A stretch of 40,636 nt of DNA from a virus (Duplodnaviria > Caudoviricetes), in the IMG/VR virus record IMGVR_UViG_3300017937_000055, positions 1-40,636 of that record; one strand, given 5' to 3'. A program made the position numbers and the translations under genes. This document shows positions 7,913-17,117 of this stretch, piece after piece (within the stretch, counting starts at the first letter, position 1; each line of letters begins with the position of its first letter). Below the pieces are notes generated by a model that worked only from the letters and a program-made list of their open reading frames with translations, had not been told where the DNA came from and searched no databases.

Positions 7913-9415
7913 CCCTGTGGCCTCACCAAGCGACCGCCATCGACCTGATCTGGCAATCCATGGCAACGGGCCATCGCCGTCCGGTCCTGATGATGGCGAC
8001 CGGAGCCGGCAAGACGAAAACCGCCGCTGCGATCATCAAGCGGGCTCTGGCGAAGGGCAAGCGGGTTGTGTTCGTCGTTCCCGCGCTGGAGCTGATCGAC
8101 CAAACGATCAAGGCCTTCCGCAAGGAGGGCATTCTCGAGATCGGCGTCATCCAGGCCAATCATCCCGAAACCGATCCGTCTCGCTCGGTTCAGGTCGCCA
8201 GCGCACAGACATTGGTGCGGCGGGCATTCCCCGAAACCGATCTCGTGATTGTCGATGAGGCTCACCGGGTGCAGCGCCGGATTTTCGAGTGGATGAAGCT
8301 CTGCCCGAAACTGCCGTTCATCGGGTTGAGCGCCACGCCGTGGACCAAGGGTCTCGGCAAGCACTATGACGATCTGATCATCGGCGCGACGACGAAGCAG
8401 CTGATCTCGATGATCAACCCCGATACCGGCAGGACATACCTCTCGCCGTTCCGGGTTTTCGCGCCAAGCCATCCCGACCTGACAGGGGTCAGCACCGTCG
8501 CCGGTGATTACCACGAGGGGCAGTTGGCCGACGCCATGGGACAAGCCGCAGATCACGGCTGATGTGGTCTCGACCTGGCTGAAGCTCGGCGAAAACCGGC
8601 CGACTCTTTGCTTCGCCGTCAACAGAGCGCATGCCCGCAGCCTGGAACGGGATTTTCGTCAGGCAGGCGTCGGGGTCGGTTATGTCGATGGCAACACCGA
8701 TCGTGATGAGCGGCAAGCGATCCGGGAAGCGTTCGAACGCGGCGACATCAAGGTGGTCGTCAATGTCGGCGTGTTGACGACGGGCGTCGATTGGGATGTG
8801 CGCTGCCTGATCCTGGCGCGGCCGACCAAATCGGAAATGCTCTACGTCCAGATCATCGGACGTGGCCTTCGCTCAGCGCCGGGCAAGCAGGATTGCGTGA
8901 TCCTCGACCATTCCGACACGACGCTGAACCTCGGCTTCGTGACGGATATCCATCATGAGCGGCTGAGCGACGGGACAGAGCGCAAAGCTTCCATCAGCAA
9001 GCGGCGCGAGCGCCCGACGCCTCTGCCGAAGGAATGCCCGTCTTGTCATCACGTGAAGCCGATCGGCGTCCATAAATGCCCGGCCTGCGGCTTCGCACCG
9101 CACCGGGTGCAGGATGTACATACCGCTCAAGGGGAACTCGCCCATCTCGGCGGCAAGCAGCTCAGGGCCGATATGGAAACCAAGAGGAAATGGTTCGCCA
9201 TGCTGCTGTGGTACGAGGAGGAAAAGCAGTACCGGCACGGTTGGGCCGCGAACAAATATCGGGAGAAATTCGGCGTCTGGCCGAATGGCATGCACGTCAT
9301 GCCCGTCATGCCGGATGTCCAGGTGAACAACTGGATCAAATCCACGCAGATCAGGTGGATCAAGGGCCAGCAGAAGGCGAAGAAATTGGCGGAGGCCGCG
9401 CAGCATGCGGCATGA
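7909..9415 (+). pseudogene. SF2 DEAD/DEAH helicase with Zn ribbon, split by a 1-nt frameshift
   Basis: ATGAGKT, DEAH, SAT in 7909-8562; TTGVD, QIIGRGLR, CPSC..CPAC in 8504-9415; removing one G at 8538-8540 restores ...ADAMDKPQITAD... Confidence 0.8.
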
Positions 9416-10358
9416 AACGCCTCTTCGTGATCGCGGGCATGGCCGATGGCCCGGCATTCTCTCGGCGCTTGGTGTTCCTGCAACGGCGCTGAACACGCGC
9501 AAGCATCATCCGTGCCCATGGTGTGGCGGCAAGGACCGGTTCCGCTTCACAGACAAGGATGGATCGGGTGCGTTCTATTGCGGCCAGTGCGGGAGTCACA
9601 GCCCCGTCGATTACCTCATGCAGGTGAACGGATGGGACTTCGCGAAAGCAGCCAGGGAAGTCGAATCCGTCATCGGAGACGTGAAGGTCAGACCGGCGAA
9701 AAGCAAGTCCGGCGACGGCAGTCGGAAGGCAATGCAGACCCTGTGGGACCATGCGCAGCCTATCAGCGCTGATGACTTTGTTGACCAATGGTTTGCCGGA
9801 CGCGGTATTCGGCAACCCTCCTATTGCCGGTGGCTACGCAAGATTGATCGCTGCGAATATGTCGATGAAGATGACGCGAAATCTTCCCATCCGGCGATGG
9901 TGGCGAAGATCCTCGCGCCGGATGGAACGCCGACGAATATCCACCGCACCTATCTCACCCTGAACGGGCAGAAGGCTTCAGTCGGTTCGGCCCGCAAGGT
10001 GATGGCCGGCGGCATCGCAAAGGGTTCCGCAATCAGGCTGTTCGATGCCGGCCCGGCGCTCGGCGTTGCAGAAGGCATAGAGACGGCTTTTGCGGCGGCC
10101 GCGCTATTCGACGTGCCGGTATGGTCCACGATCAATTCGACGATTTTATCCAGCTGGGAAGCGCCTGCCGGAGCCGAACAGATCATCATATTCGGCGATA
10201 ACGATCCGCAGTTCGGCGGACAGGCCGCGGCTATGGCATTGGCTCACCGGCTCGCCTGTAACAAACGCCGGCCCGTCTCGGTGCGGATCGAGATACCGCC
10301 TGTCACCGGTCAGGATTGGAACGACGTTCTCCTTGCTAAGGGAAGTAAGGCTGCATGA
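9405..10358 (+). CDS. DNA primase (Zn-binding domain plus TOPRIM)
   Basis: HHPCPWCGGKDRFRF..CGQC; VAEGIETA; IIFGDND; DWND. Confidence 0.9.
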   Translation: MRHETPLRDRGHGRWPGILSALGVPATALNTRKHHPCPWCGGKDRFRFTDKDGSGAFYCGQCGSHSPVDYLMQVNGWDFAKAAREVESVIGDVKVRPAKSKSGDGSRKAMQTLWDHAQPISADDFVDQWFAGRGIRQPSYCRWLRKIDRCEYVDEDDAKSSHPAMVAKILAPDGTPTNIHRTYLTLNGQKASVGSARKVMAGGIAKGSAIRLFDAGPALGVAEGIETAFAAAALFDVPVWSTINSTILSSWEAPAGAEQIIIFGDNDPQFGGQAAAMALAHRLACNKRRPVSVRIEIPPVTGQDWNDVLLAKGSKAA

Positions 10359-10440
10359 TGACCTGCAATGGCAACAGCAAGAATGACACACGGCGCGTCG
10401 GATTTGGCTGTCGCCTTATCGGCATGACAGGGGAATCGGC

Positions 10441-11109
10441 ATGACGGATCGCAAGCCCGGTATCCGTTTCGACGGCGGCAAGAGGCGCGACCTCAACAAG
10501 GAACGTGTTGCCGGTCGCATGGCAGCATTACCCGAACAAGCGCCTACGTCTGAGCAGACCGCAATTCGCCGAAAAGCGATGCAGGAGCGCGCTCGGATGG
10601 AACGAAAGGCTGCCAAGATCGGGCATGAGGGCGCGATAACCTCGCGGATAAAGGTTCGTGACCTTCAAGGTCAACGAGCACGGTCACTGACGCAAACCAT
10701 TCGCTGTCGCCCCGGCACGTTCGAGTGGCGATACGGTCGAAATAGACAGGATGCTTATTTTCACGCCGGAAACCACTTCGCCATTCTGTGGGAACGTGCC
10801 GGTATAGCAGTGCAGAGTTCGGCGCAATTCCTACGTGGCATCAAATCAGGGTATGCTGCGGGAATCTCGGACGGCAGGGTCGCCGCGATAGACTCGCTTC
10901 GCGGCCTCGTTGAAAGAATTGGCCATTCGGGCTTCGAGCGCCTGATGGCTTACTGCGTGCACGGAAAATCTGCGGCTGAGATTGCTTCTCTCGAAATGCA
11001 GACGCAGCGGAATATAGCGACCATCCTCCACAATGACCTGCGTCAGTGCGCCATCCATTTCAAATTTCTCGGTGTGAATAAATGTCATTCCGAGTCCGAA
11101 ACGAATTGA
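10441..11109 (+). CDS. Putative late transcription regulator
   Basis: Last gene of the replication operon; C-terminal HTH-like CVHGKSAAEIASLEMQTQRNIATIL. Confidence 0.55.
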   Translation: MTDRKPGIRFDGGKRRDLNKERVAGRMAALPEQAPTSEQTAIRRKAMQERARMERKAAKIGHEGAITSRIKVRDLQGQRARSLTQTIRCRPGTFEWRYGRNRQDAYFHAGNHFAILWERAGIAVQSSAQFLRGIKSGYAAGISDGRVAAIDSLRGLVERIGHSGFERLMAYCVHGKSAAEIASLEMQTQRNIATILHNDLRQCAIHFKFLGVNKCHSESETN

Positions 11110-11230
11110 CCTTTCGACGCGAAACCCCTATACGGATTGTCACAGTGCATAGTTGTGCCTTTCCACATTTTCCTGTTTTGTTCCCCAAGGCTTGTGCGAT
11201 AATTCCTCGGACTGATGAGTCGGAGAATTG

Positions 11231-11701
11231 ATGATGCGCGCGAGCGATGCGCTATTCCCGGTCAGAGAAGCTGAAGGGGTCCAGCGTCTGGACGATGGGC
11301 TTCTGCTCTATGACAACGGTCGTGGCGAGGTGCCCCTGCAGGTCGATAGCTTGCTTAACTTCGTTTCAGCGAGCCTTTTCGGTATCAAGAGGTCTGAAGT
11401 TTACGTTGCTCGGGAGGATTTCAAAGACGCAGCCGAGGAATGGGAGTACGAGCAGGCTTTTGAGACCAGTGTCATGGACAACTATGACGCAGCGACGTTT
11501 CTTCTTGAGTTTGGGCTGGATTTCACCGACGGACGCGGCGAACCTCTTCGTTGCACGCGATTTCTGAAGCTTCAAGCTGAGGCCGCAGCAAAGGGTTATT
11601 TGGGTCACATGCCCGACAGAAAGACTCTGTCCTTGGAAAGGTTTGCCTCATCATTGGAGGCGGAAGCGGCCGCCTTTAAGGCGAAGAAAGCAGCTCGCTA
11701 A
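11231..11701 (+). CDS. Hypothetical protein (moron-like)
   Basis: About 156 aa; GGAG RBS at 11222-11225; start may be TTG 11228, ATG 11231 or ATG 11234. Confidence 0.7.
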   Translation: MMRASDALFPVREAEGVQRLDDGLLLYDNGRGEVPLQVDSLLNFVSASLFGIKRSEVYVAREDFKDAAEEWEYEQAFETSVMDNYDAATFLLEFGLDFTDGRGEPLRCTRFLKLQAEAAAKGYLGHMPDRKTLSLERFASSLEAEAAAFKAKKAAR

Positions 11702-11908
11702 CTGCCCAACGAGGCGGGTTTTCGCATCGTGAGATAGCCAGTCTCACCGTAGGTTGGTCGGGTGCGCGGCCCGCGCGGCGGCTATGGGTTGCGGATCATG
11801 GCTCTGTCCGTTCCCGCGAAGTCGTCGGATGCATACGGCGCAAAGAGGCGGCAGGCCATCGCCTGTGAAGGCCGGGGGATGTTCCCAGCCGTTCCGCCTC
11901 ACCGTTTC

Positions 11909-11985
11909 AGCAGCGTAGAGCAGCCCGGTAGCTCATCAGGTTCATACCCTGAAGGTCGCGCGTTCGAATCGTGCCGCTGCAACCA
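11909..11985 (+). tRNA. tRNA-Met (CAT), initiator-like
   Basis: Cloverleaf: GAGC/GCTC D stem, TCAGG-TTCATAC-CCTGA, GCGCG-TTCGAAT-CGTGC, encoded CCA, unpaired 1:72. Confidence 0.9.
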
Positions 11986-11998
11986 AACACAGTCCGCG

Positions 11999-12072
11999 TG
12001 GTGCGTCGGCAGGGCTCGAACCTGCAACCTCAGATTCGAATCTGATGCTCTATCCAGTTGAGCTACGAGCGC
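11999..12072 (-). pseudogene. Degenerate tRNA-Arg(TCG)-like gene
   Basis: GCGCTCG-TA-GCTCAACTGGATAGAGC-A-TCAGA-TTCGAA-TCTGA-GGTT-GCAGG-TTCGAGC-CCTGC-CGACGC-A-CCA; 6-nt anticodon loop and one base missing from the 3' acceptor strand. Confidence 0.75.
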
Positions 12073-12089
12073 GGTGCCCCATCCGGATG

Positions 12090-12183
12090 AAAAAAAGCCG
12101 GACTGAGAAAGCCCGGCCAGGTTGAAGGTAAGAACCTCCAGAGGGGAACGCGTCAAGCACAATGGGAGGAGCGCCCGACGCAT
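12090..12183 (-). ncRNA. AbcR-like (alpha-r15 family) sRNA with intrinsic terminator
   Basis: 13-bp stem with loop UCCUCCCAUU, then GUUCCCCUCUGGAGGUU, a second hairpin, and terminator GCCGGGCU/AGUCCGGC-U7; -10-like CTACAT at 12195-12190. Confidence 0.75.
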
Positions 12184-12303
12184 CTTGCCATGTAGGTATT
12201 TGAGCCTCTTCGACAGTAGGCCACAGACAGCAACGACCTGATGCCAAGGCGCGAACGCGTCGGCCGTATCTCCCGGCTATCGAGGCAGGCTAACTCCGTC
12301 AGA

Positions 12304-12843
12304 TCACGCGGCAGCCACTCTGCGCAATCCCGGTGTAAGCCACAGGCCCGCCGCCGCGATGATCACCACGCCCATAATAGTCACGGTTGTCCAGTCACCT
12401 ACTTGTGGCTTGAGCACCATATCGGCGACAACGACGAATAGTGCTGCGCAGTCAAATTTAACGAGGGTCACTGTCTGTCTCGAAATCGCGACGGTTTCTG
12501 GTGTCACGGCGTCGGTGCTCGCCACCTTCTTAACGCGCGGCGACAGAACCAGAATGCCAAGGGCCATGGTGATTGCGACACCGGCCAGGCCAAGGATAAC
12601 CCAGAGATCACCCCACATTTGGCCGAGCGTGGCCACAATCAAGCCCAAAACGGTGGTGGCGATGCTGCCGGGAACAAAGACGCGCTCAGCGGCCCAACCC
12701 ATTTGCGCCACCGTGCGAACGAGTTCCGCTTCGTCACGCGACCGTAGCGCCTGCATCGCGATCATAAGCATGATGAAGACACCGCCAATCCAGAGTATCG
12801 CGGCCAAGACATGCAGAAGTTTGATAAGCGTGTACCAGTCCAT
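12304..12843 (-). CDS. DUF2269-like integral membrane protein (moron)
   Basis: LIKLLHVLAAILWIGG start and MVLKP motif; about 5 TM helices; GGAGG RBS; opposite strand to late genes. Confidence 0.75.
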   Translation of the reverse strand: MDWYTLIKLLHVLAAILWIGGVFIMLMIAMQALRSRDEAELVRTVAQMGWAAERVFVPGSIATTVLGLIVATLGQMWGDLWVILGLAGVAITMALGILVLSPRVKKVASTDAVTPETVAISRQTVTLVKFDCAALFVVVADMVLKPQVGDWTTVTIMGVVIIAAAGLWLTPGLRRVAAA

Positions 12844-12902
12844 CCCATCCTCCCCTCGGGCGCATTGTGACTGCGGCCCAAATGATCAAAGCACCATGGC
12901 CG

Positions 12903-13241
12903 ATGCCAAGCAAGCCACCCGTCCATCGGCCTGCCGGAATAGGCGGCAAGCAGGAGCAGCGCCGCGCCTATGACCGTCAGCGTGACAAGCAGGATTGGCG
13001 CCGCTGGTACAAGACGGCACGATGGCAGCGCCGCCGCGAAGAGCAGCTTATTAGACAAGCATTATGTGAGAACTGCCTAAAGTATGGACGTGTGACGGCG
13101 GCTACGGTCGCCGATCATCCGATCCCACACCGAGGCGACTACGATCTGTTCTGGAACCAGCCGCTGCAATCACTCTGCGACGAAGCACCATGGCGCTGCC
13201 ATTCGAGCGAGAAACAGCGGCAGGAGAACGACACGTTATGA
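12903..13241 (+). CDS. Terminase-associated HNH endonuclease
   Basis: LCENC...VADHPIPHRGD..LFW...LQSLC...CHS; upstream of terS. Confidence 0.85.
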   Translation: MPSKPPVHRPAGIGGKQEQRRAYDRQRDKQDWRRWYKTARWQRRREEQLIRQALCENCLKYGRVTAATVADHPIPHRGDYDLFWNQPLQSLCDEAPWRCHSSEKQRQENDTL

Positions 13242-13435
13242 TGCCCGATCCTCGCAAGGCAGAGACGCTCGACGAAGCGGCACGCAATCCTGACGGCACG
13301 TATAACGGTGCTCGCGCGCTGTCATGGCTGTCGGACGTGCTGACGGGAGGCAAGGGCATCACCGAATACGAGGTTCGGCAGATGTTCGCAGATGCGGAAG
13401 CGAAGCGGACGAATGGTTGCATCGCGAAACGCTAA
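13238..13435 (+). CDS. Small hypothetical protein
   Basis: ATGA overlap with HNH stop, GGAG upstream; 65 aa. Confidence 0.6.
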   Translation: MMPDPRKAETLDEAARNPDGTYNGARALSWLSDVLTGGKGITEYEVRQMFADAEAKRTNGCIAKR

Positions 13436-13535
13436 TATTGCGTTGCGGGGTAGCCCCCTTGAAAGTCTGGAGGGCTGGGTGCCTAGACCGGTCCGGGGTC
13501 AGATTTTCACACCGTCAAAATGAAACAGATTTTCC
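13436..13535 (+). other. Probable cos/packaging region
   Basis: Non-coding gap between HNH and terS, the usual cos location in HK97-like phages; exact cut site not determined. Confidence 0.4.
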
Positions 13536-14015
13536 ATGGCCGGTCGCAAACGCAAACCTGAGCACCTGAAAGTCGTTGCCGGGACCGATCGTCCGGACCG
13601 TTCCAATCCGGATGCGCCGAAGCCGGCGGCGGCATTGCCCGAGCCTCCGGAATGGCTTTCCAGCCGGGCGGCGGCGATCTTCGAACAGCTTGTTTCGATT
13701 GTCGGCCCGATGGGAATCGGATCGGCGTCGGACGCCGCGATGCTGGCCCTGGCGGCATCCCGGTTGGAAGAGGTTGAGATTTCCACGGCCATGATTGAGG
13801 ACGGCGGTCGAACCTTCGTCAGCAACATGACCTATGACGAGGAAGGGCGGATCGTCAGTCAGCAGATCAAGGGCCATCCGGCCGTGGCCCAGCGGAGCGA
13901 GGCCATGCGTCATGCGCAGTCCCTTCTGGCGGAATTCGGCTTATCGCCAGCGGCGCGCTCCAAGGTGTCCGTGAGTACGCCTGATGAAACGAATCCGTTC
14001 GCGGCACTCGGCTGA
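13536..14015 (+). CDS. terS: Terminase small subunit (P27 family)
   Basis: MAGRKRKP..LK..GT; PEPPEWLS; HPAV; LAEFGLSPAARSK. Confidence 0.9.
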   Translation: MAGRKRKPEHLKVVAGTDRPDRSNPDAPKPAAALPEPPEWLSSRAAAIFEQLVSIVGPMGIGSASDAAMLALAASRLEEVEISTAMIEDGGRTFVSNMTYDEEGRIVSQQIKGHPAVAQRSEAMRHAQSLLAEFGLSPAARSKVSVSTPDETNPFAALG

Positions 14016-15711
14016 GTTCCCGCACGTCGAAGCCGGCAACCGCTATGCTGAGGAAGTCGTTTCAGGGAAGATACCGGCCTGCAAATGGGTCCGGCTGGCA
14101 TGCAAGCGCCATCTCGACGATCTCGAATCGAGCAAGGGGCACAACTACCCCTATCGCTTTGATGCGAAGACGGCGGAGAAATGGTGCCGGTTCCTCGAAC
14201 TGCTGCCGCATACCAAGGGCGAGTGGGCGCGAAAGGGAGAAAAGCTCAGGCTTGAGCCGTGGCAGTGCTTCAAGACGATCTGCCTGTTCGGCTGGCTGCG
14301 AAAGCAGGATGGCCTTCGCCGGTTCCGCAAGGCGCTGATCCTCGAACCGCGCAAGAACGCAAAATCGACCTGGGCGGCCGGGATCGGCCTTGGCATGATG
14401 TCGATCGACGGCGATCACGGTGCGGAGGTCTATTCCGGCGCGACAACGGAAAAGCAGGCGTGGGAGGTGTTCAAGCCGGCCCGGCTGATGGCAATGAAGA
14501 CGCCAGCCTTCGTCCAGCACTACGGCGTAACGGTCGGAGCGAAAAATATCCACCGGCTGGCGGACGGATCGAAGTTCGAGCCGTTGATCGGCGATCCTGG
14601 GGACGGCGCATCTCCTTCATGCGCGATCGTGGATGAATATCACGAACACGCCACCGATCGGATGGTCGATACCATGGAAACGGGCATGGGCGCCCGCGAA
14701 CAGCCGCTGATGCTGATCATCACGACTGCTGGCGACAATCTTTCGGGGCCGTGCTTTGCCGCCGTTCAGGACGCGGAGAAGGTATTGGAGGGGATCGTCG
14801 AGAACGACGAACTGTTCGCCTTGATTTTCACGGTAGACAAAGACGACGACTGGAGTTCCGACCTCGCCCTGAGGAAGGCCAACCCGAACTACGATGTCAG
14901 CGTGCGGGGCGATTTCCTGCGGGCCCGGCAGCGGGACGCAAAGCAAAACCCGCGCAAGATCGGCGTGTTCAAGACCAAGCACCTGAACATGTGGGTGCAG
15001 GCAAGAAACGCTTATTTCGATGTAACCAAATGGCAGGCAGCGGCGAATCCGAAACTTCGGCTGGAGGATTTTCGCGGGCGACCCTGCAAGATCGGCCTCG
15101 ACCTGGCGTCCACCATCGATATCGCCGCTATGGAGCTGACGTTCGAGCATGAAGGCGGATATGCGCGGTTCGGCCGATATTATCTGCCCGAGGCTACGAT
15201 CGAACTGCCGGAAAACGCCCACTATCGCGGCTGGCGGGATGCGCCGGAGCGCTGGATCACGCAAACCGACGGCGACATGATCGATTACGTCACGATCCGC
15301 GATGATCTTTTGGGCCTCCAAGACCCGGAAGGGCTGGGGCTGATCATCGACGAAGTGGCCTTCGATCCTCACCAGGCCCACATGATGATGGCGGAACTGC
15401 GCGAGGAAGGCATCAACACGGTTGAGGTTCGGCCGCTGGTGTTGAACTTCTCGCCGGCAATGAAACAGATGGACGGTCTGATCCGCTCGCACAAGATCGC
15501 TCACAACGGCGATCCGGTCTTCACATGGATGCTGTCCAACGTGGTGGCGAAAGCCGACGCGAAGGATAACGTCTACCCGCGCAAGGACCGCGAGCAGAAC
15601 AAGATCGACGGTCCGGTAGCGCACATGATGGCGCTGGCACGGTGGATGTCGGGCGAGATCGAAGGCCCATCCGTTTACGAGACGCGCGGCATCCTGGAGA
15701 TCGAAATCTGA
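13984..15711 (+). CDS. terL: Terminase large subunit
   Basis: LEPWQ, PRKNAKS (Walker A), IVDEYH (Walker B), IITTAG, GLDLA, KIDG. Confidence 0.95.
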   Translation: MKRIRSRHSAEFPHVEAGNRYAEEVVSGKIPACKWVRLACKRHLDDLESSKGHNYPYRFDAKTAEKWCRFLELLPHTKGEWARKGEKLRLEPWQCFKTICLFGWLRKQDGLRRFRKALILEPRKNAKSTWAAGIGLGMMSIDGDHGAEVYSGATTEKQAWEVFKPARLMAMKTPAFVQHYGVTVGAKNIHRLADGSKFEPLIGDPGDGASPSCAIVDEYHEHATDRMVDTMETGMGAREQPLMLIITTAGDNLSGPCFAAVQDAEKVLEGIVENDELFALIFTVDKDDDWSSDLALRKANPNYDVSVRGDFLRARQRDAKQNPRKIGVFKTKHLNMWVQARNAYFDVTKWQAAANPKLRLEDFRGRPCKIGLDLASTIDIAAMELTFEHEGGYARFGRYYLPEATIELPENAHYRGWRDAPERWITQTDGDMIDYVTIRDDLLGLQDPEGLGLIIDEVAFDPHQAHMMMAELREEGINTVEVRPLVLNFSPAMKQMDGLIRSHKIAHNGDPVFTWMLSNVVAKADAKDNVYPRKDREQNKIDGPVAHMMALARWMSGEIEGPSVYETRGILEIEI

Positions 15712-17117
15712 TGGGCATTATGGAGACCCTTTTCGGTCGCCGCGCCGAACCGCTGGCGGTCCGCCAGGAGCCTGATATGGGCGCGATCACCTATGGCGCG
15801 CCGGTCTCGCTTGGTGCCGAAACGGGTTGGCTCGTGCGCGCCATCAATGGCGGCCGTACGAATGCTGGCGTGCATGTCTCCGAATTCATCGCCATGCATC
15901 TGCCGGTCGTCTATGCCTGCGTGAACCGGATTTCCAATCCGGTCGCACGCTTTCCGCTGACGATCATGCGCCGCCTCGATGATGGTAGCCGGCGACCCGC
16001 CAAGACCAGCGAACACCCGATGGCGGCGACGATCGGCACGCGTCCGAACGACTATATGAGTTCCCGCACCGTTCGAAAGACAGCGCAGCAACATGCGCTT
16101 CTTTGGGGCAATGGGTATCTGGAAATCGAGCGCAACAATCGAGGGCAGGCGGTCGGGCTCTATCCCTTGCAGCCATACCTGACGCGGCCGGTGCGCGAGG
16201 GAAGCGATACATTTTTCCGCTCCAACATCAACGGGCAACTGGTCGAGTTCGATCATGACGATGTCATCCACATCATGGATCAGTCGCAGGATGGCTATTG
16301 GGGTATCTCACAGATCGCCATGGCCCGTCAGGCGATCGGATGGGGCCTCGCCATGGAGGAATTCGGCAGCAAGTTCTTCGCCAACGATGCCAAGTCAGGC
16401 GGTTTTCTGCTGCATCCCGGCAAGTTGACGCCGAATGCGCGGCAGAACCTGACCGGGCCGAACGGGGAAAAGCGGCCGAACCCCGACAATCCGGCGACCG
16501 GTCTTCAGTCGCAAGGCGGCCTCGACAATGCGCATAGGGTCAAGGTGCTCGAAGAGGGGATGAAATTCGTCCAGACGACGATCCCGCCCGAAGATGCGCA
16601 GTTTCTTGGCAGCCGCGAATTCCAGATCGCGGAAATCGCCCGGATTTACGACGTGCCGCTGGTCCTCCTGCAGAGTCATGAGAAGACCACGTCTTGGGGG
16701 TCCGGCATCGAGCAACTGATGATCGGGTTCCTGCGCTCGACGATTGATCCATGGGTCGATGCCTGGGAGCAGGAGCTGAATTTCAAGCTGTTCACGGCCG
16801 AAGAAATCGACCGCGGCTTCTATGTGAACTTCAACATGAACGCGATGCTGCGCGGCGACATGGCGGCGCGCGCCGAGTTCTATTCCAAGCTTTTCGGCGT
16901 CGGCGGCCTTTCCGCCAACCAGATCCTCGCGCTGGAGGACATGGACGGCATCGGCGACGTCGGCGACTACCATTTCGTGCCGGCGAATTACGTCACGCTC
17001 GAACGCGCCACCGACCCAAACTATGAGCCCAAGCGCTCCCCGCCCGTGCCGCCGGTCCCGCCCGGAAATCCGAAGCCGAAACCGAGCGACGTTCAGCCGG
17101 AAGAGGAAGCCCAATGA
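15711..17117 (+). CDS. HK97-family portal protein
   Basis: VYACVNRIS, LLWGNGY, DAQFLGSREFQIAEIARIYDVP; follows terL. Confidence 0.95.
   Translation: MGIMETLFGRRAEPLAVRQEPDMGAITYGAPVSLGAETGWLVRAINGGRTNAGVHVSEFIAMHLPVVYACVNRISNPVARFPLTIMRRLDDGSRRPAKTSEHPMAATIGTRPNDYMSSRTVRKTAQQHALLWGNGYLEIERNNRGQAVGLYPLQPYLTRPVREGSDTFFRSNINGQLVEFDHDDVIHIMDQSQDGYWGISQIAMARQAIGWGLAMEEFGSKFFANDAKSGGFLLHPGKLTPNARQNLTGPNGEKRPNPDNPATGLQSQGGLDNAHRVKVLEEGMKFVQTTIPPEDAQFLGSREFQIAEIARIYDVPLVLLQSHEKTTSWGSGIEQLMIGFLRSTIDPWVDAWEQELNFKLFTAEEIDRGFYVNFNMNAMLRGDMAARAEFYSKLFGVGGLSANQILALEDMDGIGDVGDYHFVPANYVTLERATDPNYEPKRSPPVPPVPPGNPKPKPSDVQPEEEAQ

Noticed and set aside
10355-10444. 29-aa ORF bridging primase and the late regulator
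   Set aside because: Coupled at both ends but too short and motif-free to support as a gene
11211-11240. CTGATGAG as a hammerhead ribozyme core
   Set aside because: No stem II followed by GAAA; better explained as an RBS-occluding hairpin
11881-11894. Alphaproteobacterial LexA box
   Set aside because: GTTC-N6-GTTC rather than N7, and no SOS-type gene follows
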